A DNA stretch of 28,867 nucleotides. It comes from a virus (taxonomy: Duplodnaviria > Caudoviricetes). The position numbers were made by a program, and so were the translations under genes. The stretch covers positions 1-28,867 of the IMG/VR virus record IMGVR_UViG_3300032312_001249. One strand, written 5' to 3'. The notes beneath the pieces are model-generated. The model was not told the origin of the DNA and searched no databases. It saw only the letters and a program-made list of their open reading frames with translations. Positions 7,604-16,696 of the stretch are shown here, piece by piece. How positions within the stretch are numbered: position 1 is the first letter of the stretch; the number at the start of each line of letters is the position of its first letter.

Positions 7604-9472
7604 ATGAGCAAAGTAATCGGTATCGATTTAGGTACAACAAATTCATGTGTAGCCGTTATTGAAAACGGAAATTTTAAAGTAATTGAAAACTCAGAAGGTG
7701 CTCGTACTACACCTAGTATCGTAGCATATACAGCAGAAGAAGTATTAGTTGGTGCTTCAGCAAAACGCCAGGCTGTAACAAATCCCAAAAACACAATCTA
7801 CGCAAGTAAGCGTCTAATTGGACGTAAGTTCAAAGAAGAAGCTGTACAAAAAGATATCAGCCTAATGCCATACGAAATTATGGAATCTAAGAACGGCGAT
7901 GCTTGGGTTCGTGCTCAAGGCAAAGAACTAGCACCACCGCAGATTTCAGCAGAAGTTTTGCGTAAAATGAAAAAGACAGCAGAGGACTATCTAGGTCATG
8001 AAGTTACACAAGCAGTTATCACAGTTCCTGCGTACTTTAACGACAGCCAAAGACAAGCTACAAAAGATGCGGGACAGATCGCAGGCTTGGAAGTACTGCG
8101 TATTATTAACGAGCCTACTGCGGCAGCTCTTAGTTATGGCGTTGATAAGTCTGATAAAGCTGATCGCAAGATCGCTGTTTACGACCTTGGTGGCGGTACT
8201 TTCGACGTGTCGATCATTGAGATTGCGAATGTCGAAGGTGAAAAACAAATCGAAGTACTAAGCACTAACGGGGATACATTCCTTGGCGGTGAAGACTTTG
8301 ACCAACGTATCATGGATTACATCGTTGATGAGTTTAAGAAAGACTCCGGTGTTGACCTAACAAAAGATATGCTTGCTCTACAGCGTTTGAAAGATGCCGC
8401 AGAAAAAGCAAAAATTGAACTTTCAAGTTCCGCACAAACGGAAGTTAACTTGCCTTATGTTACTGCTGACACATCAGGACCAAAGCATCTGGTTGTTAAG
8501 ATTACGAAATCAAAACTAGAGAGCCTAGTTGATGAGTTGATTCAACGTAGTCTTGACCCTTGCCGAGTAGCAATGAAAGACGCTGGAGTTACACCAGCTG
8601 ACATCGATGAAGTTATTCTCGTTGGCGGACAAACTCGCATGCCTAAGGTACAAGAAGAAGTTGAAAAACTGTTTGGCAAGGCTCCACGCAAGGACGTTAA
8701 TCCGGACGAAGCAGTGGCAGTAGGTGCGGCAATTCAAGGTGCGGTGTTAAGCGGTGATCGCAAAGACGTGTTGCTATTAGACGTTACTCCGTTGAGTCTT
8801 GGTATTGAAACAATGGGCGGCATCATGACCAAGTTGGTTCAAAAGAATACAACCATTCCAACCAAAGCTAGTCAAATATTCTCAACAGCAGAAGATAATC
8901 AGCCAGCAGTTACTATCAAAGTAGCTCAGGGTGAGCGTGAGCTTGTACAATACAATAAACTTCTAGGTGAGTTTAATCTAGAAGGTATTGCTCCTGCTCG
9001 TCGAGGTATGCCACAAATTGAAGTTACCTTTGACATTGATGCCAACGGCATTATGAACATTTCAGCCAAAGACAAAGGCACAGGCAAGGAAAACAAAATC
9101 ACTATCAAATCAGATAGTGGTCTAAGCAAAGAGCAAATTGAACAAATGGTCCGTGATGCTGAAGCCAACGCTGAATCAGATAAGAAAGCACGTGAGTTGA
9201 TTGAAGCTAAAAACACAGCCGAATCAATGATCAACAGCATTGAAAATGAGTTGAAAGAAGTAACACTCAATGACAATGACAAAACTAAGATTGAAGAAGC
9301 TATCAAAGATCTTCAAACTGAATTGACCGGTACAGACAAAGATGCTATTATACAAAAAACTAGCGACCTAGCTGCTGCCGGCCAATCGATAGCACAAGCC
9401 AAACAGAACACAGCTCCCGAGCCTGTTCAGGATGACGGTGTTATTGACGCAGAGTTTAAGCAAACATCTTAA
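7604..9472 (+). CDS. dnaK: Chaperone DnaK (Hsp70)
   Basis: [48 protein letters not shown]-terminal VIDAEF. Confidence 0.99.
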   Translation: MSKVIGIDLGTTNSCVAVIENGNFKVIENSEGARTTPSIVAYTAEEVLVGASAKRQAVTNPKNTIYASKRLIGRKFKEEAVQKDISLMPYEIMESKNGDAWVRAQGKELAPPQISAEVLRKMKKTAEDYLGHEVTQAVITVPAYFNDSQRQATKDAGQIAGLEVLRIINEPTAAALSYGVDKSDKADRKIAVYDLGGGTFDVSIIEIANVEGEKQIEVLSTNGDTFLGGEDFDQRIMDYIVDEFKKDSGVDLTKDMLALQRLKDAAEKAKIELSSSAQTEVNLPYVTADTSGPKHLVVKITKSKLESLVDELIQRSLDPCRVAMKDAGVTPADIDEVILVGGQTRMPKVQEEVEKLFGKAPRKDVNPDEAVAVGAAIQGAVLSGDRKDVLLLDVTPLSLGIETMGGIMTKLVQKNTTIPTKASQIFSTAEDNQPAVTIKVAQGERELVQYNKLLGEFNLEGIAPARRGMPQIEVTFDIDANGIMNISAKDKGTGKENKITIKSDSGLSKEQIEQMVRDAEANAESDKKARELIEAKNTAESMINSIENELKEVTLNDNDKTKIEEAIKDLQTELTGTDKDAIIQKTSDLAAAGQSIAQAKQNTAPEPVQDDGVIDAEFKQTS

Positions 9473-9479
9473 ACTCAGA

Positions 9480-9535
9480 ATAGGGTGCCCGGGTGGGGCC
9501 CTATAAAATTCTTGCTTAATAAAGGAGAAATTAAA
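9480..9535 (+). promoter_or_regulatory. ROSE-like RNA thermometer in the hsp20 5' UTR
   Basis: Hairpin ATAGGGT...GCCCTAT (9480-9504), then TTCTTGCTT (9509-17) pairing with AAGGAGAA (9522-29). U(U/C)GCU is the ROSE signature. Confidence 0.7.
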
Positions 9536-9973
9536 ATGACACAATTACAACGTTTTGACACTAACGCTCTTGCCAGAGCACTTGTAGGATTTGATCGCAT
9601 GTTTGATGACATGGAGCATAGATTTGCGAATCAGATTAACAACAACTATCCTCCGCACAATATTATCAAAACCGGTGATAACGATTACCGCATTGAAGTT
9701 GCTGTGGCTGGGTTTTCTAAGAACGAAATCGCTGTAGAGTTAGAGGATAATCATCTTACAATAAGAGGTGAAATTCAAACTACATCATGGCCTTCTGAGG
9801 CGTACTTACACCGAGGTCTTGCTAGCCGAGATTTCACCAAAGTATTCCCCTTAGCAGAACATATCAAGGTAAAAGGTGCTCAGATTGAAAACGGTATTCT
9901 AGCAGTGATGTTAGAGCGTATCGTTCCAGAAGAGCTCAAACCTAGAGTAATCGAGGTTGTTGAGGTTAAGTAA
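9536..9973 (+). CDS. Small heat shock protein (Hsp20/IbpA family)
   Basis: VGFDRMF, NYPPHNI, IEVAVAGF, YLHRGLASRDF, ENGIL, VPEELKPRVI. RBS supports ATG 9536. Confidence 0.95.
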   Translation: MTQLQRFDTNALARALVGFDRMFDDMEHRFANQINNNYPPHNIIKTGDNDYRIEVAVAGFSKNEIAVELEDNHLTIRGEIQTTSWPSEAYLHRGLASRDFTKVFPLAEHIKVKGAQIENGILAVMLERIVPEELKPRVIEVVEVK

Positions 9974-9985
9974 TAGTATAAACCT

Positions 9986-10003
9986 GGGGGAGGCAACTCC
10001 CCC
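9986..10003 (+). other. GC-rich GNRA hairpin without U-tract (mRNA stabiliser or weak terminator)
   Basis: GGGGGAG-GCAA-CTCCCCC between hsp20 and clpS. Confidence 0.5.
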
Positions 10004-10019
10004 ATTATCGGAGCACTAA

Positions 10020-10322
10020 ATGGCAACCACTGATATTCAAATTGAAAACAAAATTAAAATGGAACTACAACCTCCAAAACTATGGAAAGTTGTCTTTCTA
10101 AATGACGATCACACTCCTATGGAGTTCGTGATGGATCTATTGATCAAAATCTTTAGACATGACGAAGCTAGCTCTCGTGATATTACTTTAGAAATACACG
10201 AAACTGGCTCTGCTGTTGTTGGTGTGTACACATACGAAATTGCCGAAAACAAAGGTGTTGAAGCTAGTCGTATCGCACAAGAAAACGGATTTCCGTTACA
10301 GATTAGAGTTGAAGAAGAATAA
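10020..10322 (+). CDS. clpS: ClpS N-end-rule adaptor
   Basis: PP.LWKVVFLNDDHTPMEFV, LEIHETGSAVVGVYTYEIAE.K, GFPL. Confidence 0.95.
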   Translation: MATTDIQIENKIKMELQPPKLWKVVFLNDDHTPMEFVMDLLIKIFRHDEASSRDITLEIHETGSAVVGVYTYEIAENKGVEASRIAQENGFPLQIRVEEE

Positions 10323-10377
10323 TTTTTTCCACCGCACACAGACCAATAAATATCTGCGTACATTATAGGGGTAATAG

Positions 10378-10935
10378 ATGAGTCTTAAAGAACTTACAAA
10401 ACAAAAACATCAAGATGCTGAACGCACAGAATTTGCTGGTTTACTGCTCAGCGGTAATATTTCAAAAGAATTGTATGCTCGGTATCTAGCACAAATGCTA
10501 GAAGTTTATAGCAAATTAGAATACCACTGTGCCAAAGCAGGATTGCTGTCAGACATGCCGGGATTGGGTCGTGCTATGAATATCTTTGAAGATATCAAAG
10601 AACTTGATGTACCTGTTGACAATTTAAAACTATTAGAATCTACTAGTCAATATTCAGAATATTTGTTTAATCTAGCAGAAGATGAATCAAAGCATAGATT
10701 GTTATTGGCACATCTCTATGTTCGACACATGGGCGATTTATACGGCGGTCAAATGATTGCTAAAAAAGTTCCTGGTAGTGGTAAATTTTATGAATTTAAA
10801 AATAGAACAGAGCTAATTGAAAAAATTAGATCTAAACTAGACGACAGTCTAGGGGAAGAAGCCAATGTGGCATTTGATCACGCTATCGCTATCATGAAGG
10901 AACTCAATGAGTCAAGTCTGGAACACACTGATTGA
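10378..10935 (+). CDS. hemO: Heme oxygenase (biliverdin-producing)
   Basis: LKELT..KH..AE (proximal His), AHLYVRHMGDLYGGQMI, FYEF, EEA..AF. Confidence 0.92.
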   Translation: MSLKELTKQKHQDAERTEFAGLLLSGNISKELYARYLAQMLEVYSKLEYHCAKAGLLSDMPGLGRAMNIFEDIKELDVPVDNLKLLESTSQYSEYLFNLAEDESKHRLLLAHLYVRHMGDLYGGQMIAKKVPGSGKFYEFKNRTELIEKIRSKLDDSLGEEANVAFDHAIAIMKELNESSLEHTD

Positions 10936-11587
10936 AATCCAAACTCTACTTGAGGAATCCTTTGAGAAAACAGGAGTCGAAGTCTTCGAGCCTGGGATGG
11001 ATCGTTTTAATCAACCTGGTTGGGTTAATCGTGTATGGTCTAGCGATAAGTATCGCAGGGCCCACGTTGATGTCGTTGATGCTAGGCTGACCAAAGGCCT
11101 GTGGATGATGCACTGCTGTATCTTCCCGCATACACATAACCCTGCTCCAATTTACGGCTTTGATGTTATAGCTGGTAAGAATAAGATCACAGGCTGTTTC
11201 CATGATTACTCCAAAGCAGGCGATGCTGATCATCCTATGATGAAATGGTTCGCTGAAGAAGTTAGCAAATTAGAATGGCGTAGGGAACGTGCTTTACCTG
11301 AATGGGCTACTAACATATTCAGCAAGAGTATGGTAGCTGCCGGGAATGTACAAGATGAAGAAGAATTACAGCAGATTACAGATCTTGCTCGAACTACTAT
11401 AGAACACTATCTAAGCACAGTAGCAGAAACTAACAATACTGTTCCTGATACAACGTGGGATCAAAATTACTACGCACAAAATCAGAAATGTAACCCGCAC
11501 ACACCGCGGGTTATGGTTAGCCTAGGTCTTAGTGAAGAAGATGTTAAGCACTTTATTCAAGACTGCTTATTTCCAGAATTAAACTAA
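10907..11587 (+). CDS. pcyX: Ferredoxin-dependent bilin reductase, PcyX-type
   Basis: EPGMDRFN.PGW.NR.W, RRAHVDVVDAR.TKGLWM.H, PIYGFD.IAGK.K.TG.FHD, LPEWA..IFS, QNYY...Q..NPHTPRVM.SLGL; directly follows hemO. Confidence 0.88.
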   Translation: MSQVWNTLIEIQTLLEESFEKTGVEVFEPGMDRFNQPGWVNRVWSSDKYRRAHVDVVDARLTKGLWMMHCCIFPHTHNPAPIYGFDVIAGKNKITGCFHDYSKAGDADHPMMKWFAEEVSKLEWRRERALPEWATNIFSKSMVAAGNVQDEEELQQITDLARTTIEHYLSTVAETNNTVPDTTWDQNYYAQNQKCNPHTPRVMVSLGLSEEDVKHFIQDCLFPELN

Positions 11588-12709
11588 CTGTTCCCAACTA
11601 ATAAATTGAGGATCAACTAGATTCTGAACACGGACTGTGGTGTTAGATGCGAACAGTCCGTTGGCAGATCTTAGATAGATCTGTACCTTGGCTGTTTCGT
11701 CACTGTCTGGTCGTCCCATCTCAGCATAGAAATACTGACCTACACCATCGGGCTCGCCTGGGGTCACTTTTCGTAATCTAAGTTCGCCTGCCTCGTCTGC
11801 TGAAGGTACATAGTACAGATGTTTTTCTGTAGAATAAAAGTAAGGCACATTAGCAAACTGTAAAATTTTCTTTAGTTGGTTACTCTGTTGTAGATGTGTG
11901 TTGATTATTGTGGTAAATCTAACAGCAAGATCTTTATATAATGGTTGAGCATAACCCTTCTTAGCTGCCCAGTTGGCCACAAACCAATCACCAAACACAC
12001 GTTGCCATGGAGCATTCTTTTCAACGCTGGCCATGATGTTTTGTTCAGTTTTTTCCACCTGCTTGCCTTTGTAACCGATAATAAAAATATTCTTTTCTAG
12101 ATTAAATTGAATGGTATATTTGCCAGGCTCTTTTTTATGATATGACAAGGGCTGACCTGATTTATCTGCTTTGGCAATAGCTATTAAATCTTTAAAGACC
12201 TGTGTCTTAAGATTGTCAAAATGTTGTTTAGAGTATTTTGAAAATACATCAACTCCGCGTTCTTGTTCAATGCCTAGGGATGCTGGTGTTAGATTTCCAA
12301 GCGTAATACCAGCATCTTTTACACTGATACCTGCTACACTAGAATTTACAAACTGAACATCAGCTGCGTTTTCAGATTGATTTTTGCCGCCAGCCCAACC
12401 AAATTGAGTCGGAAACGTTTCTATCTTGCCTTCCATTGCTTGGCGAAGTACAGCAGAACGTTTGACCCAATAGGCAAAACGTTGAGGTTCATAGTTAGGT
12501 GCTAACAACTTCTTTACGTCAGCATAAAACTGTTGAGGATTTTGAAGCGATTGTGCTCCGATGCTAGCTTCCGGATTTGAAGGGTCAAAATTAGCTGGAT
12601 CAGCACCGCCTGTAACAAATCCGTAGATTAGCCCTACTTCGCTGTTATAGCGTTTCTTATCGCTTTTTCCGCCTTCTTCCAGTGTTTGATTAAATTCAAA
12701 AAATCTCAT
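11579..12709 (-). CDS. Hypothetical protein, possible PD-(D/E)xK-like nuclease fold
   Basis: 376 aa; SEVG...AADV-x8-ISVK; preceded by GTTAAATACAGTA on the minus strand. Confidence 0.6.
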   Translation of the reverse strand: MRFFEFNQTLEEGGKSDKKRYNSEVGLIYGFVTGGADPANFDPSNPEASIGAQSLQNPQQFYADVKKLLAPNYEPQRFAYWVKRSAVLRQAMEGKIETFPTQFGWAGGKNQSENAADVQFVNSSVAGISVKDAGITLGNLTPASLGIEQERGVDVFSKYSKQHFDNLKTQVFKDLIAIAKADKSGQPLSYHKKEPGKYTIQFNLEKNIFIIGYKGKQVEKTEQNIMASVEKNAPWQRVFGDWFVANWAAKKGYAQPLYKDLAVRFTTIINTHLQQSNQLKKILQFANVPYFYSTEKHLYYVPSADEAGELRLRKVTPGEPDGVGQYFYAEMGRPDSDETAKVQIYLRSANGLFASNTTVRVQNLVDPQFISWEQLV

Positions 12710-12711
12710 AG

Positions 12712-12771
12712 TACTGTATTTAACTAAAACATAATATAGGTGGTTAATTTTTTATTGTTCTAGATTAAATA
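12712..12771. promoter_or_regulatory. Divergent late-type promoter motifs (TAAATA)
   Basis: Minus strand GTTAAATACAGTA (12712-24) and plus strand TTAAATA (12765-71); similar to the T4 late promoter TATAAATA. Confidence 0.55.
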
Positions 12772-12798
12772 CTATTACCGTAACCGGGAGCGAAAACA

Positions 12799-13266
12799 AT
12801 GAAAAAAGTATTAATGTCACTGGTCCTTGCGACAATGGCAGTATCGGCATCTGCTGCCGATCCTATTGTAACTGATTCAACTAGTAGAAGTACAACTTCT
12901 TCAGAATCAACAACAACAGTAAAATCTCCACCGCCAACAGCAGTGGCACCAGCTATCACAATCATTAACAGTGACGTTTGTGCTGTTGCCGTTTCAGGAG
13001 CAACTCAAACTCAAATTCTTGGCATATCATTTGGTGCTACAATGACTGATAAGAATTGCGAAAGACTTAAATTAGCTCGTTCAACATTCGACATGGGTAT
13101 GAAAGTAGCTGCGGTTGCTATCATGTGTCAAGACGAACGTGTGTTTACAGCGATGATGAATGCCGGAACACCATGTCCTGTAGATGGTAAGATTGGTGAA
13201 CAGGCTAAAGCTATCTGGGAAGCGAATCCGGACCGAGTTCCGCAGAAAGTTAAGAGCAAGGACTAA
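12799..13266 (+). CDS. Exported Cys-containing hypothetical protein
   Basis: Signal peptide (SASA/AD), S/T-rich linker, SPPPTAVAP, 4 Cys, AGTPCP..GKIG. Confidence 0.8.
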   Translation: MKKVLMSLVLATMAVSASAADPIVTDSTSRSTTSSESTTTVKSPPPTAVAPAITIINSDVCAVAVSGATQTQILGISFGATMTDKNCERLKLARSTFDMGMKVAAVAIMCQDERVFTAMMNAGTPCPVDGKIGEQAKAIWEANPDRVPQKVKSKD

Positions 13267-13269
13267 CTC

Positions 13270-15525
13270 ATGAAGTTGGTTGCTGTTTTTGCTGCGTTTT
13301 TTATAACGAGTGTTGTATCTTACTCAGTTAACGCACAACCTGTGGCTGGAATAATTGAGCAGCAAATCACTAACAATTTAATCACAAATCCTAACTTCAA
13401 TGGGACTACTGGTTGGACTACTACCGGTGGAGTTGGTGGTAATGGACCAACACACCCTGCTACACCAGCGAATGGCAATGGATACACTTTCACTTACTCA
13501 CAAGGTACTATTGCTCAAACTTATGCTATCAATCAAGCATTGGCAAATGTAGGTGCTGGTGTTCAGATTGCTGGTTTTGATTATGGGTTTAAGTATCGAT
13601 TCGGTTGCGCCAACAGCATTGGTGGTTATTGTGAAAACCCAGCTGGTCTACAAGATACCTTAAACGCAACAAGTACTATTACCAGCAATACTGGAGCGAC
13701 TCTTTATACAAGATACTATGCTCTTGGAGCAAATGCTACGGCTCCTTATTCTGCTACATTCTCTAGCGTAGATACTCAACAAAGATTCAGTGCTGCTCTA
13801 CCTGTAGAAAACCTTGGCGACTTTAGAATTTCATTTACTGGTATGGACGCAGGGTTTTGGGGTGGTAACTATGGACCAACCATTAAAGACATATACTCCA
13901 AAGCAGTATATACAGTTGATCCTTGTGCAGCAAATCCAGCATATTCACCATCGTGTCCAGGATATAACACAGTGGTAACCAGTACAAATTTATTAACTGG
14001 AATGACTGGAACACAAGCGTATGCTATCAATCAAGCATTGGCAAATGCTGGTGCTGGTGCGATGATACATGGATTTAATTATGGATATGACTACAGCGTA
14101 GCTGGAAGACAATGTGCTATATGGGATCTATTTGGTTTTTGCTTGTCGGGATGGAACTATTCAGATGCTGGAGTTGCTACTGTTATTACAAATAGTAATA
14201 GTGCTACTATCTACAGTGAATCTAATACTCACAATGGTGGTGATAATGGAACTTCTGGATCATACAGTAAACAATTTAGATTTGGAACTTCCAGACAAAT
14301 AACTACACTTGGTGGATTTGCTATGTCGCCTTGGACTAGTGGAAACGCCAGCATAACAAATATGTATAGCAATGCGGTATATACAGCAGATCCTTGTTTA
14401 GCAGATCCTCTATATTCACCATCATGTCCAGGTTATGCTGCTGCGTACCAAATACAACAATGTACTGCTAATGTGTTCTTTGATTCTTCATGCCCGGGTT
14501 ATGCTGAGGCAGTTTTCACAAGACAATGTACAGCTAGTCCGCTATCAAACCCGTCATGTCCAGGTTACGCATCTGCCTACTTAACATATCAGTGTTCTGT
14601 TAGTCCTCTTTATAGTACTACGTGCCCAGGGTATGCTGAAGCATATCTAAATGACCAATGTATTAAAGACTCTCTTTACAGTAATCAGTGTGAAGGGTAT
14701 GCTACTGCTTATGCTATTAAGTATCTAGTTCCAATGGATTCAACTACTTCGAGTGCTGTTAATGGAGCACTATCAGATACAGCTGCAACCAAAGCCAATG
14801 ATCCAGCAAATACAAAAGTAGCGGTTAATACTGTCACAACATCAATTAACACAGATGGTTCAGTTTCAACCGGAGTGTCGACCACTGGTGATACTAACGT
14901 AGATAAAGCAATAACTGCCAAGGCATCAACAACTAATACAGCACCAGCTGCTGTTCAGCTAGCACCTCCACCTCCACCACCACAACAACAGATGGCTCAG
15001 AACGAACCAAGGGGCGGTGGTGATAGAAAATCAGAAGGTGGTGATAGAAAATCAGACAGTGGTGATAGAAAATCAGACAGTGGTGAGAAAAAAGAAGCCG
15101 GTGAAAGAAAATTAGATGGCGGCGACAAACCAGCAGGCGGATCACAGCAAGCACAAGGTGGTAATTCTAGCGGTGACAAACCAGCAGCACCGACTGTTCG
15201 CCAAGAACTACAGGCAAGAAGAGAAGCTGCAGCAAAAGCAGAAGCAGTAGAAAAAGGCAAAAATCTAGCTAATGAAATGGGCAAGGCCGCCGACATGGAG
15301 GCACAAAAGGCTGTACAAAATGTAGTAATACAAGCAATGGGATTTACTCCTGGTTTTGATACGTACAATAAAACAATGATACCGGATGTACCAGGATACA
15401 AACCATTTGAAGTATACAAAGGACAACGTAACATAGATAATCAGTCAGGTCGTAGATTTATGACAGGTTCTGATAAGTTACATTTGGAAATGATTGAAAG
15501 TCAATACAACTTCGGAAGGAACTAA
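13270..15525 (+). CDS. Large exported protein: duplicated beta-rich domain, 22-aa Cys repeats, low-complexity tail
   Basis: Signal peptide; two YAINQALAN.GAG..I.GF.YG domains; C-x9-C-P-G-Y repeats; poly-Pro and GDRKS(D/E) repeats. Confidence 0.85.
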   Translation: MKLVAVFAAFFITSVVSYSVNAQPVAGIIEQQITNNLITNPNFNGTTGWTTTGGVGGNGPTHPATPANGNGYTFTYSQGTIAQTYAINQALANVGAGVQIAGFDYGFKYRFGCANSIGGYCENPAGLQDTLNATSTITSNTGATLYTRYYALGANATAPYSATFSSVDTQQRFSAALPVENLGDFRISFTGMDAGFWGGNYGPTIKDIYSKAVYTVDPCAANPAYSPSCPGYNTVVTSTNLLTGMTGTQAYAINQALANAGAGAMIHGFNYGYDYSVAGRQCAIWDLFGFCLSGWNYSDAGVATVITNSNSATIYSESNTHNGGDNGTSGSYSKQFRFGTSRQITTLGGFAMSPWTSGNASITNMYSNAVYTADPCLADPLYSPSCPGYAAAYQIQQCTANVFFDSSCPGYAEAVFTRQCTASPLSNPSCPGYASAYLTYQCSVSPLYSTTCPGYAEAYLNDQCIKDSLYSNQCEGYATAYAIKYLVPMDSTTSSAVNGALSDTAATKANDPANTKVAVNTVTTSINTDGSVSTGVSTTGDTNVDKAITAKASTTNTAPAAVQLAPPPPPPQQQMAQNEPRGGGDRKSEGGDRKSDSGDRKSDSGEKKEAGERKLDGGDKPAGGSQQAQGGNSSGDKPAAPTVRQELQARREAAAKAEAVEKGKNLANEMGKAADMEAQKAVQNVVIQAMGFTPGFDTYNKTMIPDVPGYKPFEVYKGQRNIDNQSGRRFMTGSDKLHLEMIESQYNFGRN
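14395..14712 (+). repeat. Five tandem ~66-bp (22-aa) Cys repeats
   Basis: CLADPLYSPSCPGYA / CTANVFFDSSCPGYA / CTASPLSNPSCPGYA / CSVSPLYSTTCPGYA / CIKDSLYSNQCEGYA; a sixth copy at about 13924. Confidence 0.85.
15019..15081 (+). repeat. 21-bp in-frame tandem repeat, 3 copies plus degenerate copies
   Basis: GGTGATAGAAAATCAGAAGGT, then GGTGATAGAAAATCAGACAGT twice. Confidence 0.9.
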
Positions 15526-15529
15526 TAAC

Positions 15530-16117
15530 ATGTCTAAAAATATTGATGATAAAATAAATGAGTTAGAAGCCGCTAAAGAAAAATATCTCAGCGACAACAC
15601 TGTGATCAGCATCGGTGGTTATAGTTTTACTCCTGCTAAGTTAATGATAGCAGGCGCTATAGTCAGCTCAGTATTAGGTGGCCTATACGGTGCCTTTGAA
15701 GTCTACAAAGACTACATGGAGATGAAAGAAAAGATTGCCAAGTACGTGAGTCCAGATCTTTCAGAAATTTATAAAAAGATGGAAGTGTTAGATGCTAACA
15801 CGGGTAAGATGGTTGAGTATACTGGTGAAATTAAAAATGACCTAAAAGGTGATATTCGCCGTATTGAAGGTGTTGTAGAAAATCTAGAGCGTAGTAACAA
15901 AGCCAGCAACAGAGACACCGAATCATCAGTTAAAGATCTTAAGAAAGAAGTAGACGGTACATTGAAAGATGTTCGCCGCTACAGTGATCAAACGATTAAA
16001 GAAGTAAATCAGGAAATGACTCGTAATCAGAAAGAAACACAGCAAGAGATTAGAGCGTTAAGAAGTGAAGTGGATAACAAAATTAAAAAAGCATTAGATA
16101 ATCCACTGTCTAATTAA
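15530..16117 (+). CDS. Single-TM coiled-coil protein (paralog A)
   Basis: GGAAGGA RBS favours ATG 15530; VISIGGYSFTPAKLMIA...LYGAFEVYK; ends KKALDNPLSN. Confidence 0.85.
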   Translation: MSKNIDDKINELEAAKEKYLSDNTVISIGGYSFTPAKLMIAGAIVSSVLGGLYGAFEVYKDYMEMKEKIAKYVSPDLSEIYKKMEVLDANTGKMVEYTGEIKNDLKGDIRRIEGVVENLERSNKASNRDTESSVKDLKKEVDGTLKDVRRYSDQTIKEVNQEMTRNQKETQQEIRALRSEVDNKIKKALDNPLSN

Positions 16118-16127
16118 GGAGAGAGAA

Positions 16128-16601
16128 GTGAGCGAAAAAGACCTAAACAAAGCAGTAGACAGCTTGGAAGAAGCTAAAGAAAAATACCTAAGTGCAAATA
16201 CAGTTATTAGCATAGGCGGTTATGCGTTTACCCCTGCTAAACTAATGATTGCTGCCGGTATTGTTTCATCTGTACTTGGGGGGCTATATGGTGCCTTTGA
16301 AGTATACAAAGGTTATCAAGATATGAAAGAAAAAATTGCCAAGTATGTAGCACCCGATCTTTCAGAGTTTGATAAACGATTAACAGTAGTTGAAGAAGCT
16401 GCTGCTAAAACCAACGACTATACTCGTGATATTAAAAACGATATCAAAACTGATTTACGTAGAGTTGAAAAAGTAGTCGAAGATGTCGAACGTTCGAACA
16501 AACAGTTGGCTAGAGAAGTTGATCAAGATATTCGCGTATTACGCAAAGAGATTGACAACAAGATTCAAAAGGCGTTAGACAACCCGTTAGCAAACAAATA
16601 A
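16128..16601 (+). CDS. Single-TM coiled-coil protein (paralog B)
   Basis: AAGGAG RBS, GTG start; N-terminal ~80 aa nearly identical to paralog A; ends QKALDNPLANK. Confidence 0.85.
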   Translation: MSEKDLNKAVDSLEEAKEKYLSANTVISIGGYAFTPAKLMIAAGIVSSVLGGLYGAFEVYKGYQDMKEKIAKYVAPDLSEFDKRLTVVEEAAAKTNDYTRDIKNDIKTDLRRVEKVVEDVERSNKQLAREVDQDIRVLRKEIDNKIQKALDNPLANK

Positions 16602-16625
16602 TAGTAGCATATTATCTGTTTCATT

Positions 16626-16652
16626 AAAGCCCGACATTTTTCGGGCTTTTTT
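16626..16652 (+). terminator. Intrinsic terminator
   Basis: AAAGCCCGA-catttt-TCGGGCTTTTTT. Confidence 0.85.
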
Positions 16653-16696
16653 GTTAAATACAGATGTAGTATTTTTTGATCTGAAAGGAGCGAGCG

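Noticed and set aside
7585-9306. Antisense and alternate-frame ORFs inside dnaK, and similar ones across the window (e.g. 2979-3410, 5245-5616, 14997-15434, 28223-28585)
   Set aside because: Shadow ORFs of well-supported genes, without RBS or motifs.
7604-11587. Bacterial chromosome origin for the dnaK-clpS-hemO region
   Set aside because: No dnaJ/grpE/clpA neighbours; flanked by dense phage-type hypotheticals, pcyX and T4-like late motifs.
15019-15102. 21-bp repeats as a CRISPR array
   Set aside because: No spacers, in frame within a CDS, no cas genes.
15530-16601. Paralog pair as a DGR template/variable repeat
   Set aside because: Differences are mostly synonymous and not adenine-specific; no reverse transcriptase in the window.
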